DNA of 63,489 bases, counting the filler, from Kipferlia bialata (Eukaryota): assembly GCA_003568945.1 (NCBI GenBank). It is 6 parts of 5 records of this genome, joined end to end, with 100 filler letters (N's around TTAATTAATTAA, not from the genome) between each part and the next. Parts side by side here need not be neighbours in the genome. Positions count along the whole stretch, not along the records: positions 1 to 26,498 come from BDIP01000001.1; positions 26,599 to 33,129 come from BDIP01000002.1; positions 33,230 to 38,067 come from BDIP01000002.1; 3 more parts are not named here. The stretch is one strand, 5' to 3'. Below, piece after piece: positions 22,354 through 33,509 of the stretch; position 1 is the stretch's first letter, and each line of letters opens with the position of its first letter. The notes below the pieces were generated by a model that ran no database searches, had not been told where the DNA came from, and saw nothing but the letters and a program-made list of their open reading frames with translations. Position numbers and translations under genes: made by a program.

Positions 22354-22718
22354 TGCCGGTTGTTCTGCTGCTTCTGCTTCTCCTGGCCTGCACCTCCCAT
22401 GTGACAGTGACCCTTGTGGAGGCACTGCCAGTCAGACTGCAGGAGAGAGAAGGTATAAGCTGACAGACAGTGTGTATACATACATACGTAGATTCACATC
22501 CTCTAACCTCAGAGCGGGCCCGTCGCCTCTTCTACGCCGAGGGATCCCTCCCCTACTACGATCCCTATGTGATTGAGGAACCAGAGGAGACTGTGTCTGC
22601 ACCCCCTGAGGTGGTAGAGGTGGTTGATGGTGGGGCTGATGAGGTAGATACCACACCTGAGTCCTTCAGCTCGGGGACAGGGGATGACACGGATGGGAAT
22701 GTCGGCAGTGATACCAAG
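22354..22718 (+). CDS. N-terminal exons of a probable secreted acidic protein (incomplete)
   Basis: Hydrophobic PVVLLLLLLLACTSHVTVTLVEALP, then ERARRLFYAEGSLPYYDPYVIEEPEE...SDTK| with normal splice signals. It stops at a poly-C tract. Confidence 0.4.
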
Positions 22719-22781
22719 GTACATACATGAATATATACATTTATACAATATATATATTTTGCGTACGCACTCCCCTTGATC

Positions 22782-22817
<36 letters not shown>

Positions 22818-22869
22818 CTTCTTTCCTTTTTAAACCCCCCCCCCCCCCCCCCCTCCCTCTGACCCCTAG

Positions 22870-23790
22870 ACCCACCCTGCTGTACCTCATGGCCTTCCTG
22901 AGGGACGTGGCTGATCAGTCAGAGGCAAACAGAATGCCAGCCAAGAACCTAGGTACATACCAATGGTAGACTGTCAATATATATGTATATATGTATATCC
23001 ATGCTATGGACTCACTAGTCACTTCCCTTCCTCATCTTTGCCAACTACACTGCTGTATACAACTATTGATTCATGTGTATACTCCCTGTATACCCTCTAG
23101 TCATGTGTACACCATGTCTGACCCCCAGGCCTTATGTTTGGTATGCACCTCCTCAAGGCCCCCATGTCCATGCTGAGGGAGTCATCACCAGCCCTGCTGA
23201 ATGAGATCAAGAACCTCAGGTGGGGATATGCATGTATATGTGTGTATGAGTATACATGTATATGTGTGTATGAGTAGTAGGTGGAGTAGCTGGAAGTCCC
23301 CCCCCCCCCTCTTTCTCTCTCACCCCTAGGGAGAACCAGTGCCGTGTGACCGAGCGCATAGTAGAGCTGTGGCCCTCCATTGCAGCCCACCCCTCCTTGA
23401 GAGAGACACCCCTACCCGACGCCCCCTTCACCCAGGGCGGGAGGGGCCCTACCCCGGCCAGGCCTGGGAAGGGTGTATCTAGAGAGGCCTCTATGGGGCC
23501 TAGTGGTGTTAGAGAGGGAGTGCACCGGGAGAGGTGTAGGGCCCTGTTCTCCTTTGAGCCAGAGGGTACCAGGGAACTGTCAATGAGGGAGGGGGACGTG
23601 TTCTATGTCATCAGGTATGGAAGTAGTATCATGGTGCCTGTATATACCCTGTGTGTGTGAATGTACATACTATTATATACCCTGCCTCACCCCCAGGAAG
23701 GACTCCTCCGGCTGGTGGAAGGCCGAGAGAGCGGTGGGTGGCAAGAAGGGGTGGATCCCAGCCACCTATGTACAGCTGATAGTGGACTGA
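22870..23790 (+). CDS. RhoGAP + SH3 domain protein, 3' part
   Basis: TLLYLMAFLRDVADQSEANRMPAKNL|GLMFGMHLL is the RhoGAP C-terminal motif. CRALFSFEPEGTRELSMREGDVFYVIR|KDSSGWWKAE...GWIPATYVQL is an SH3 domain. Confidence 0.9.
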
Positions 23791-24488
23791 TCAGTATGCA
23801 GTGTATTTAGGGGACGGTGTATACTGTGGGAAACAGAGAGGCCCATTCTCTCTCTCTCTCCACGTGTCCTCCCGTGAACTCTCTAACCCTTTAGGGGTAG
23901 GGGTCTTGGCAGAAGTGGTACCATGTTTTGTGGGTATTGTAGGGATTTATGTTGTAGTGTAGTGTAGTGTGTATAGCCTGTGTGGGTGTATATGTGAGTA
24001 TATGTATATGTGTTTGGTGGAGTGTGTATGGGGCTGTAGATTAGGTCCTGTGTTGGAGTCAGAGCCCTTAGTACTGTACTAGTGTAGATGCTAGTGGTTG
24101 ATGCTGGTACTAGTATCGACTGACTGATACTGGTATAGACCTGTGAATAGAGAGTGCAGTACCCCAACTGGGATGTGTTTCATAGTAATCGATAGTCATC
24201 CTTTTGCATGTGTGTACTCAGTCAGTATACTAACAGCGAATGGGGTGAGAGTATTCACCCAGTAAATACACATCTAACTTGCACCCTCGATCTACAGGTT
24301 GTGTTGATCTATATTCACGCCCGCCCCACCAGAACACTGTATATACACTATGTACACACTAGTCCTCAGCAGTAAAACAACGGAACACTCATCTCAAACT
24401 GAACACCCAACTCAACACAACAACACACGCACTCTCACACATACACACACTACATACATACAGGTCTCACTCCTCTCTCTCCCCTCAC

Positions 24489-26365
24489 TCAGAGGTCTGT
24501 GCCTAGCAGTGCCTCCCTATCTACCTCCACCAGGTAGGACACCCCATGCTCCCCATGCAACAGGATGTCATCACCCAGGGGACAGGCAGTGCACACGCCA
24601 ATGGGGGCTGGGGGGTGAGGGGTACTATACGGATGGCATACGGATCAGGACTAATACACACACACTACCGTACCTGGTATCCCCCCCCATGCCTCCCACT
24701 CCTGTGCTATGGTGTCATAGGCATGGACCTGGCCCTCGTGGCACATGCCTGGGGGGGTCAGATGCAGAGGGTAAGGTAGGATAGTACAGTGTGGTATAGG
24801 ATGGAGAAATACTAGGAGGGTGGGGTACAAAGGTAGGATAGAACAGTGTAGAATGGCAAGTACCATCTATAACTATGAGACATAGAGTTGTACCTCCGAA
24901 CACCACCACGTAGTGCTCCAGGGCCATGACCCCAGCTGTCATGACCTGGAAGGGGGCGGGGGGTAGTTCCTCCCACCTGCCCTGGGCCTCTCTGTCCCTC
25001 ACCCGCTGCTGCCGCCTCTGCCTCCTGGCCTCTCTCTCTCTCTCTCTCTCCTCATGCCTGGATGAGAGGGGCCTCCCCACCCCTGCTCCCTCACCCCCAC
25101 TGGTCTCTCTGGATACACACCTACACTCACCCTCACAGACGTGGATAGAGTGGGAGGAGGAGGAACCCTCAGCAGAGTGCAGCCCATTGCCCTCCCCCTC
25201 TTCCTCTGCCTCCGCCTCTGTCTCTCCCAGGGTGCAAGGGGTGGGCTCCTCTCTCTCTCTCTCTACCTTTCTCTCTCCTTCCTTCCCCCTGTTAGCGGCA
25301 CATGGACACTCACAATCCAGCCTGTGGGGTGTGTGTGTCTCTGCCCCCCCACCCTCGTGTTGTGTGTGTGGCCCTAGTGTCCCCCTCACATGCACTGCAT
25401 GCCCCTCTGCATAACCCCCCACCATGTGCATGGCGCCATCTACCACACAGCACCCAGACCCTGGGGGTGGGTATGGGGAATAGTGTATAGGGTATATAGG
25501 TAGACACAGATACATATACACTATCCATCCACTGCACAGCACCCAGAGCCTGGGGGTGAGATGTATACGGGGAGAGAGAGGGAGAGAGAGAGAGAGAGAG
25601 AGAGGCCCACATCCACGCACCCATGTTTGTGCATGGTATCCCCCCTATCCGTGTCCACTCGTGTGTCTCGTAGTCAAATGCCCAGCTGTCAGTCAGGGGT
25701 TGAGAGGCACTGCCCCCACACCCACCCACTATCACCAGCTTGGTGCCCACGGAGTAGGCCTGGGGTTGCGGAAGACATATACTCATAAAACACAAGCAAT
25801 ATACCAACAGAGTAGGTAGGCATGGGTCAGTGCATATTACACACATATACATATGAATGTGTATACTATACATAATCTCCCATACCTTGTGGTCACATCT
25901 GGGGCTGGGCCAGTCGCCATGTCTCAGAACAGGTCTGGGGTGAGGGGAAAACGTGCAGTGAAACAGGAGCACAGCATGACAAATGGATCTGATACATCAA
26001 TATACACTACGTGTACATACTATACATATACCCCGCATACCTCAACGACTGTGCGGCCATGTCAAAGAGTAAGAATAGAATAGAGTATACATATATATAT
26101 ATCTATTTATATACCACGCTTACCTCAACGAGTGTGTGGCCATATCAAAGAGTAACAGGTCATCCAAAAACAACTCATGGGTGGTGTCATACCTGGGGTG
26201 GGAGGGGGGGGTAGGTGGATGGGTGTATACCTATACTCAAATATACGCATGAGACATACCCCCCAAATAGTGCCACCACCGACCCCCCCATACAAGGTGT
26301 GGATGAGTATGCAATGACATCGGGGCCATAGAGAGTGCGCATGGGGCGATGGGTGACAGTGCCAT
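24489..26365 (-). CDS. Kelch-repeat beta-propeller protein, 5'-partial
   Basis: FLDDLLLFD, WPSPRCDH, KLVIVGG...LTDSWAFDYETHEW, MHMVGG, WEELPPAP...VVVFGG, VHAYDTIAQEW; ends ...LLGTDL*. Confidence 0.85.
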
Positions 26366-26441
26366 CTGGGGGGAGAGGGGTGTATAGACAGAGAGGGTTA
26401 GATATAGATATATATACAGAGGGAGGGAGAATGTAAAGTAT

Positions 26442-26492
<51 letters not shown>

Positions 26493-26498
26493 GAGAGA

Positions 26499-26598
26499 NN
26501 NNNNNNNNNNNNNNNNNNNNNNNNNNNNNNNNNNNNNNNNNNTTAATTAATTAANNNNNNNNNNNNNNNNNNNNNNNNNNNNNNNNNNNNNNNNNNNN
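26499..26598. other. Artificial scaffold linker
   Basis: N44 + TTAATTAATTAA (stops in all six frames) + N44. Confidence 0.98.
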
Positions 26599-26640
26599 CC
26601 TCTCTCTCTCTCTCTCTCTCTCCCCCCCCCCCTCACCCAT

Positions 26641-26838
26641 GCCGCACCGACCTTCCCATGGGCTCCCCCAGTGACATGCGTGTCAGCCTCCAGAAGCTGA
26701 TGAAGTACCCCGCCCAGATGCAGGTCTTCCCAGGCACGCTGGAACACACATGTCTCTGCCTACTGTATCCTTGTATATTCTCATCCTTCAGGACACGGTG
26801 GTTCCACCACCATCGGAGCCGAGAGGCGCTACAACTGA
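26641..26838 (+). CDS. MBL-fold metallo-hydrolase (glyoxalase II/YcbL-like), C-terminal fragment
   Basis: RTDLPMGSPSDMRVSLQKLMKYPAQMQVFPG|HGGSTTIGAERRYN* matches GRTDLP.G....V.PGHG..TTIG.E...N. It requires intron 26734-26791. Confidence 0.8.
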
Positions 26839-27076
26839 ACATCACATGAGAGTTGTTCACATTGCAGTGCAGTCACTCCCTTGAAAGGTGCATAGCACAG
26901 ATACACAGCAAGTGTCGCCTGGTTGATTGATTCATCCTGGAGACTGATGGACAAGCATTCAGAAGTCCATATTTGTTTTAGTTGTGTGATAACGGCTGGT
27001 GCTCGTCCAATAGAACGATTTTGAGTAATGCAGGTTGATATACTGGGCCTAGTGACTAGGGCTGAGTTGAGTATGA

Positions 27077-27147
27077 GCTTCTTGCGGAGGGTCGAACCCA
27101 TGCTCTATGGTTGGAAACAACAAAATTACCCATTGAACTACCGTTCA
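27077..27147 (-). pseudogene. Degenerate tRNA-Gly(TCC)-like sequence
   Basis: A-box TAGTTCAATGG, anticodon loop TTTCCAA and T-loop GGTTCGACC lie at canonical 71-nt tRNA spacing, but the acceptor, D and T stems pair poorly. Confidence 0.5.
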
Positions 27148-27323
27148 AAACCAGATTTGTTCAGTCCTATTTAAATTCGTAGCATTTAACACATAAGCAA
27201 CACTGTTATGACGAATCATCTATCACCCAGGTTTATATAGACCTCAAACTACCATTGGCTCGTGAATTGTAACCAGAACCCACTAGTTATTAACCGCCCA
27301 ACAGAATATAGTGGTAAAGGGAC

Positions 27324-29958
27324 ATGGTGCTGTACCCTGAGGTTCCCTTCTCACCGTCCCTATCAGACCCTGAGACAGAGGCCTGTCTAGAGAGAGGGGA
27401 TGTCCAAGGACTCAGGGCCATCGGTATATCCAGGTGAGTGAAGGCCCCTGCGTGCGATCTCTGTCTATCTGCTCACTCTCTCACATTTCATCCACTTGTC
27501 ATGTAATGTCAACTCACCTCTAATCAGCAGGGGATTCGGCCCTTCCCACTACTATCGGCGACAGGTGTACCCATTGGTGCTAGGCGTGACGGGACACTCG
27601 GTGCGAGGTGAGTGTATGGGAAGAGAGTATGTCTCCTTCAGTTGTATATCTTCTTTCTTGTCACACTGATCTCTCTCCCCTTCCTCTCTATTACATACCC
27701 TTACCCTCAGGTGCCCAGCAGCAGTTCAGCGACGATGAGGACCTTCCCCAGGTATGGCTCTCTCTCATACATTCCACTCATATTCCCTGTTCTCTACTCT
27801 CTGTGTTTCATGTGTCTTACTATCACATGATAGTATGTTTCTCTCTCTGCTGCAATACTCTTGTCTCTGTCTGTACAGTTCTTCTCTCTCCCCCTTCCCA
27901 TTTTGAGGCTACTTGTATTGTATGTATAGATACATATATATCCACCCCCCACCCCAGGCCGCAGTCATCGTGGGAGATGCCTCCCGCAGTCTGTGGCACC
28001 GGTTTGAGGGTGACTCTGCCCCCCAGACTGGTCTAGACAGTGCCCATACACACACACACACACAGTCCAAGGCACTGCTGGAGGCAGAGATCAAGGCAGA
28101 GCAGGCATGTTTTGGCCAGTTCCTGCTCCGTGTGTTTGAGGCAGACAGGACATTACATTACTACCAGGTGAGGGTAGCGAGAGTCTCTCACTCAATAGTG
28201 ACTTGGCCCGAGTGCTATCTCTCTCTTATCTTCCTCTTCAGTGGCCCAGATGCATATATAGATATTCTAACTATCTATATCTGCTCCCCCTGCTCATCCC
28301 AGGGCTTCCATGCCATTGCCGAGGTCATATTCTGTCTCTACAGACAGGACCTGGACACAGCGGCAGCAGTCTTAGCGGTATGTGTATATACACAACCAGA
28401 TATATTCAGGCACACACCTTGACCGTGTCAGTGTCATATACCATACCAGTCTGATGTGCACTGACCCCAGGGCATTGGTACCAAGCTCCTGCTCTGGTCA
28501 CTGCAGAACACATTCGACTCCACAATGCCTCTGGGTGGGTGATGTGGATGTATATGTATGGGTGATACATCACCTATTGTGATATCACACATATATCCTG
28601 CCTTCAGTCAAGTGTCCTATACCCCTCACCCCCCAGGGGCCATCACCGACTCCCTCCTAGCTGAGGTGGCCCCCTCCATAGCAGCATGCATGGACCACAC
28701 AGACATGGCCACAAGCATCACACTGTGCGTATTCATATACACTCATGTATACATATACATGGACAAATGCCCCCCCCCCAACCCTCACCCTCACCCCCAG
28801 CCTCCCCGCCTCCATCTCGTGGCATGTCCACCAGATCAAGGACACTGCCGCCCAGTACAGACTCATGGATAGATACATATGCGCCCAGTCCTCCTTTACA
28901 CCCTTCTACGTCAGTGCCGCAATGGTGGCCCTGGACCAGGTACTTGGGGGTGCATATTGAATTATGTATAGGGTTTTCTATATACTATATACCTCGAGAA
29001 TGATGCATCAAGTGTTCCATTTTCCTGCCCCTCACCCCTACCCCAGGCCGAACTCCTGGGTCTAGCCAGTGCCAACATATACTCCTTCATGACCGTCATC
29101 AGTAGGTGGGGTGTATGTATGTCGCTGTAGTGTTGTTCTTTGTTGAGACGTCTCACCCGTAGGTACCCCCAGATGCACGGGTCTGTCAGGGACAAGGAGA
29201 GAGAGAGAGAGAGAGAGACCCACCGCAGTGTCAGGGAGGCCAGTGACTCTGGGGTCAGTGTGTCTGTCACTGATACCGACACTGTCTCTCAGCCCACCCT
29301 CGATGACACCCCTTCCACCCCTACTGATGTGTCCCCCTACACCTTTGTGTCAGATGCCATCAGCCTGGCCAATGAGATGATGCAGGCAGTGCCCCCCCAC
29401 TCGTTCCCTGAGGTCAGGGAGTGTGTCAGTCGGTACAGGGGGATAGTCGATGCCGTCTGTCCGTCTGTGGGGGAGAGGGTAAGTCTGACCCCCGTCCTAT
29501 CTCATGCCGGTATCAGTGTCCTTCCCACTCCCCCTGCCCTGGTACAGGCCATGGCGGTCAAGGCAGCGCAGGATGCCAACAGAGAGAGTCAGGGCAGGAG
29601 ACAGGCGGCCAGGGGGATACCCTCCAGCGCCAGTCTCATAGACACTGACACCCCGACAGAGGGGGTGCCCTCCTCCCCCGTTGCTGACAGCTACCTGCCA
29701 GGCGAGGGCCCTCCCCCATCTGCCCCCTCTGGCACCAAGAGGCAGAGGCGCCAGGGTGCAAGTGCCACCCACCCCCTAGCCCTGAGTGTCAAGGGAGACA
29801 GGACACCCAGACATGGCAAGGAGGAGGGGTCTCTGCTCTACAGTGACCTCACCCCTGAGTCGGTGTGGAGGCACCCTGCTGTGAGACGCACAGCACTCTA
29901 CGCAGGGGTCATTATAGGGGTGGGGCTGCTGCTGTTCGTGGTGCGAAGGCGGCGTTAG
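27324..29958 (+). CDS. TBC1D20: TBC-domain Rab GAP, TBC1D20/Gyp8-like, with C-terminal TM anchor
   Basis: GGFGPSHYYRRQVYPLVLG, VIVGDASRSL (IxxDxxR arginine finger), LHYYQ|GFHAIAEVI (YxQ glutamine finger), ISWHVHQIKD...RLMDRYI...PFYVSAAMV; tail ALYAGVIIGVGLLLFVVRRRR*. Confidence 0.85.
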
Positions 29959-30169
29959 AGTTCATATGATTATACTAGTATTGGCAGTATGTCTGCCAGC
30001 CATAGTCTGTGAACGTCCTTAAGTAGCGCAGTGACATTGACGAAACATACAAATAGACCGTGAGAGTACATCATTTAGTGTTGTGGGTCCTCTCAGGCAA
30101 GTACTCCCTGACTGAACAGACCTACATAACACTATATATGATACCCAGTCCCTTGTCCTATACATACAC

Positions 30170-32621
30170 CTAGATGGTGGTCCCCAGGGTAGGTCCCTCA
30201 ATGGACAGGTGCTGTGCAATGGCCAGTCCATCTGGTGACTCCACTGCTGCGCCCCCACTGGTACCACCCTCCTTGACACTCTCGGATACGTCAACGGCCA
30301 CAGCCTCGTGCACATCCTCTCTCTCTCCCTCCCTCTCTGCCTCTGTCTTGGGTCTCACTTCTAGACAGGCCACAGGCACGGCCCTAGTGTGCTGCCAGTG
30401 CAGAGGGTCCCAGGTCTTCTGCCCCCCTAGCACCCTGGCCATGGCAGTCAGACACCAGTCCGGGGTGAACTTGCACTCTGTGGCATCGAAGGCCAGGGTC
30501 ACCAGGTACCAGGAGAGCAGGGTCAGGAAGCACCGTGCTAGGATGGCATAGGTGTTGCGGCTGTTCATCCACCCAACGATGTCCTCGTCCCAGAACCTCA
30601 GCATGTATGTGACTGGGCCCTCGACACAGAACTGGGGGGTGAGGGGTAGGGAGGGACATAGTGACATCATATGGCTAACAGAGTATACCAACAGGTACGC
30701 ATACCTCCAGTGCAAACACTGTGAGGGACACTGTGCTGAACCTCCTGACCCACAGGGTCTTGGCAGCCCTCCTCGCGGCAGTCTCCCTGTCCACCCGCTC
30801 AAACACACCCAGCATGAAGGTGACACCTAAGGTCTCTAGGGAGCAGAGGATGTAGTACTGGGGGACTGGGGTCAGAATAGGAAGAATGGTAGGAGAAGAG
30901 TACTATGTATACAGTCTATATACACCCCCACCTGCCATAAACTGGCATGCCGGGTCCACCTTGGTGTCAGGTGATGTGATGAGTGCATCTAGGCCGTACA
31001 CTGCAGTGGTTATGACACCCATGAGAGCATAGGGTATGGCAGACAGCCAAAGCAGCCTGTAGACCCTGGCACTGTGGGGGGACTCCACCTTGGGGCCCTC
31101 TCCCTCTCCCTCTCCCTCTCCCTCCACACCCTCCTTCGTGTCACACGCATACCTCAGCATGGCACCTATGGACACACCTTGCAGCATGGCACCGAAGAAT
31201 GGGAACACACCCATGAACCACCCTGACAGTATCTGGGGCCACTGCAGGGAGTACCAGTCCCCGAAGGAAGAGTCGATGTTGGTGAACTTGTCGGTGGCGT
31301 ACTGGTATCTGGTCCAGTCCTTGACCCTCTCCACCCACCTCCTCACAGGCTCAGTGAGCAGGGGGAACATCAGGGACAGGACGTAGAACACAGCGGCCAG
31401 GGCCAGCAGCCTGGAGCGCCTGGGGGTGTGGGAGTGATGGGCAGGGGCGGTCTCGGGGGACAGCCTCTCACACACGTATGAGACCACGGGCACAAAGAGG
31501 ATGAGGAAGACAACGACTAGGGGGAAGGCAAGGGCGAAGAAGGGGAGAGGGTTGGACTCAACCTGGCCCATCTGGTACCACCTGGGGTGGGAAGGAGGGG
31601 GGGGGAGAGGGGGCGGGTAGTAAGAGGTGATGGGGAGAGGAGGAAGCTAGAAGGTATAGTAGAGAAGGGGAATGGGACCGTTCCGTACAATCTGTATGCA
31701 AACTAGGCACACGATGGATGAATTACATTATAGTATCATTCACATGTTACCCACTCCATGATGTATCATACATTGTATGTGACTGATAGACACCCCCACC
31801 TGAACTTCCAGAACATCTGGTCGTTGGGTATGCACTGGTACCACAGACCCCTCAGCCACTGCTGCACACCTAGGGTGAGTGGGGATGATTGTAGAGATAT
31901 GCAGTGCCACTGGGAACGCCAATAGGACAGACATTGGTGGATAATAGTACTCATGAGTATACAGATCGAGTCCCCCCACCTGCGAGTACGAACATGAACA
32001 CCATGGCGGCCAGATAGCGGGTCAGGAGGGCAACACAGAAGGCCCTGTAGTGCCGGCGGCCCTTGCGCAGCATCTTGAAGGCCCTGGACACCTGGACATA
32101 GCCAAACACAGCACCAGACACCTGGGGTAAGGGTGGAGTCGTATACTATATTGTCATGGTGGTGACACAGTGCCAGGCAGTTGAGAGGCGTATCTCTAAG
32201 AAACACCCACCTGCACAAAGATGCCCCTCCAGCCGCCAAAGATGACTGCAGGCAGAAACAGCAGCACAGTGAGCTTCTTGTACAGGGTATCCATGGGGTT
32301 CTGGGGTCAGAGGGGGTCGTGGGAATAGATGTGCCGCATTGCATCAGATGATAGAGGTATATGCCATACCAGGTAGTACTCGGTGTCTGCCCCCCCACCC
32401 GCTGAGTGCACAAACAGCATGAAGAGGATGGCACAGCCCCTGATGAAGTCCCTGAGGTGAGGGGGTCAGCAGGTACAGAGGAAGAGAATGTCAGAAAAGG
32501 ATACAGTCATGGCAAGTCGGCCTCACATGGATATCAGGCGCTTAGGGCCGGCCTTCTCGGACTTGACAGTGTCATGAGACACTTCTGTCTTAGAGACGGG
32601 GCTCAGAACCTCTGTAGCCAT
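30170..32621 (-). CDS. DUF1624/HGSNAT-like multi-pass membrane acyltransferase, multi-exon
   Basis: KRLISM|DFIRGCAILFMLFVH (R..SLD..RG.AI..M..VH family signature), GGWRGIFVQVSGAVFGY, GVFPFFG, RRFSTVSLTVFALE; many TM segments. Confidence 0.75.
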
Positions 32622-32921
32622 CTAAAGCAGTGCCAACAGAAAGGGACACTGAAACTCGTCTGGACCTTGAACGGAAAATGACCGAAGGTAAAGAACACTC
32701 AACAGCTCGGTCAATACAGGTCTACAGTGATTCATAGCGTCAGTCCACTGGTACACATATACATACCGTACATCTATGCAACGTAACAACAATCATTTAG
32801 TTCACAACAAATACTTCAAACCAACCCAACACAGATACACCCAAGTTGAGAGATGTCACATGCACTTCAAACTGACATGCAGTAACCAATCTCCCAGTTT
32901 CTACACACGCACTGACCCCCC

Positions 32922-33070
32922 TCACTCGATGGGGATGTTAGTGACGTCGAGGCACAGCACCTTGCTGCTGCCTGCCAGGTCGGGCCTGTCTCCCTCCCCC
33001 CTGTGCCTGGTGACACCGGCCAGAAGGTCAGCGTACTGGTAGGTGCCCTTCTTCAGAGACACACACACAA
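32922..33070 (-). CDS. Terminal exon of an unidentified gene
   Basis: Acceptor CCACCCCAG, then IVCVSLKKGTYQYADLLAGV...LDVTNIPIE*. The rest lies beyond the scaffold end. Confidence 0.45.
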
Positions 33071-33129
33071 TCTGGGGTGGGGGGGGGGAGATAGAGAGTA
33101 TATATATACAGTCCCCCCCACACATCTAC

Positions 33130-33229
33130 NNNNNNNNNNNNNNNNNNNNNNNNNNNNNNNNNNNNNNNNNNNNTTAATTAATTAANNNNNNNNNNNNNNN
33201 NNNNNNNNNNNNNNNNNNNNNNNNNNNNN
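33130..33229. other. Artificial scaffold linker
   Basis: N44-TTAATTAATTAA-N44. Confidence 0.98.
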
Positions 33230-33509
33230 CTCCTTTTTCCCTTCCCCCCCCCCCCCCCCCCCCCCCCCTCCTTCCCATTAATTGAATATAGTATAGACGA
33301 CTCCTGTTCTCTTCTCAGTGATACTAACCATAAGCAATATGCTCCTGTCCGCTATTTACGATCATCTCTCACATATATACCTAGTCGCTCTGATGACATG
33401 TATATCCTATCCTCTTTCCCCCCTATCTTAGTGTATACTTGTCTGCTATTAGTAGACTCTCAGTGTTAGTATTATTATATATGTCATCTGCCTACCATCT
33501 CACCAATAG

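Noticed and set aside
26543..26554. Recurrent TTAATTAATTAA motif as a biological element or transposon target site
   Set aside because: It is always centred in exactly 100-nt N-padded blocks, so it is an artificial six-frame-stop linker. Gene neighbourhoods across these linkers are meaningless.
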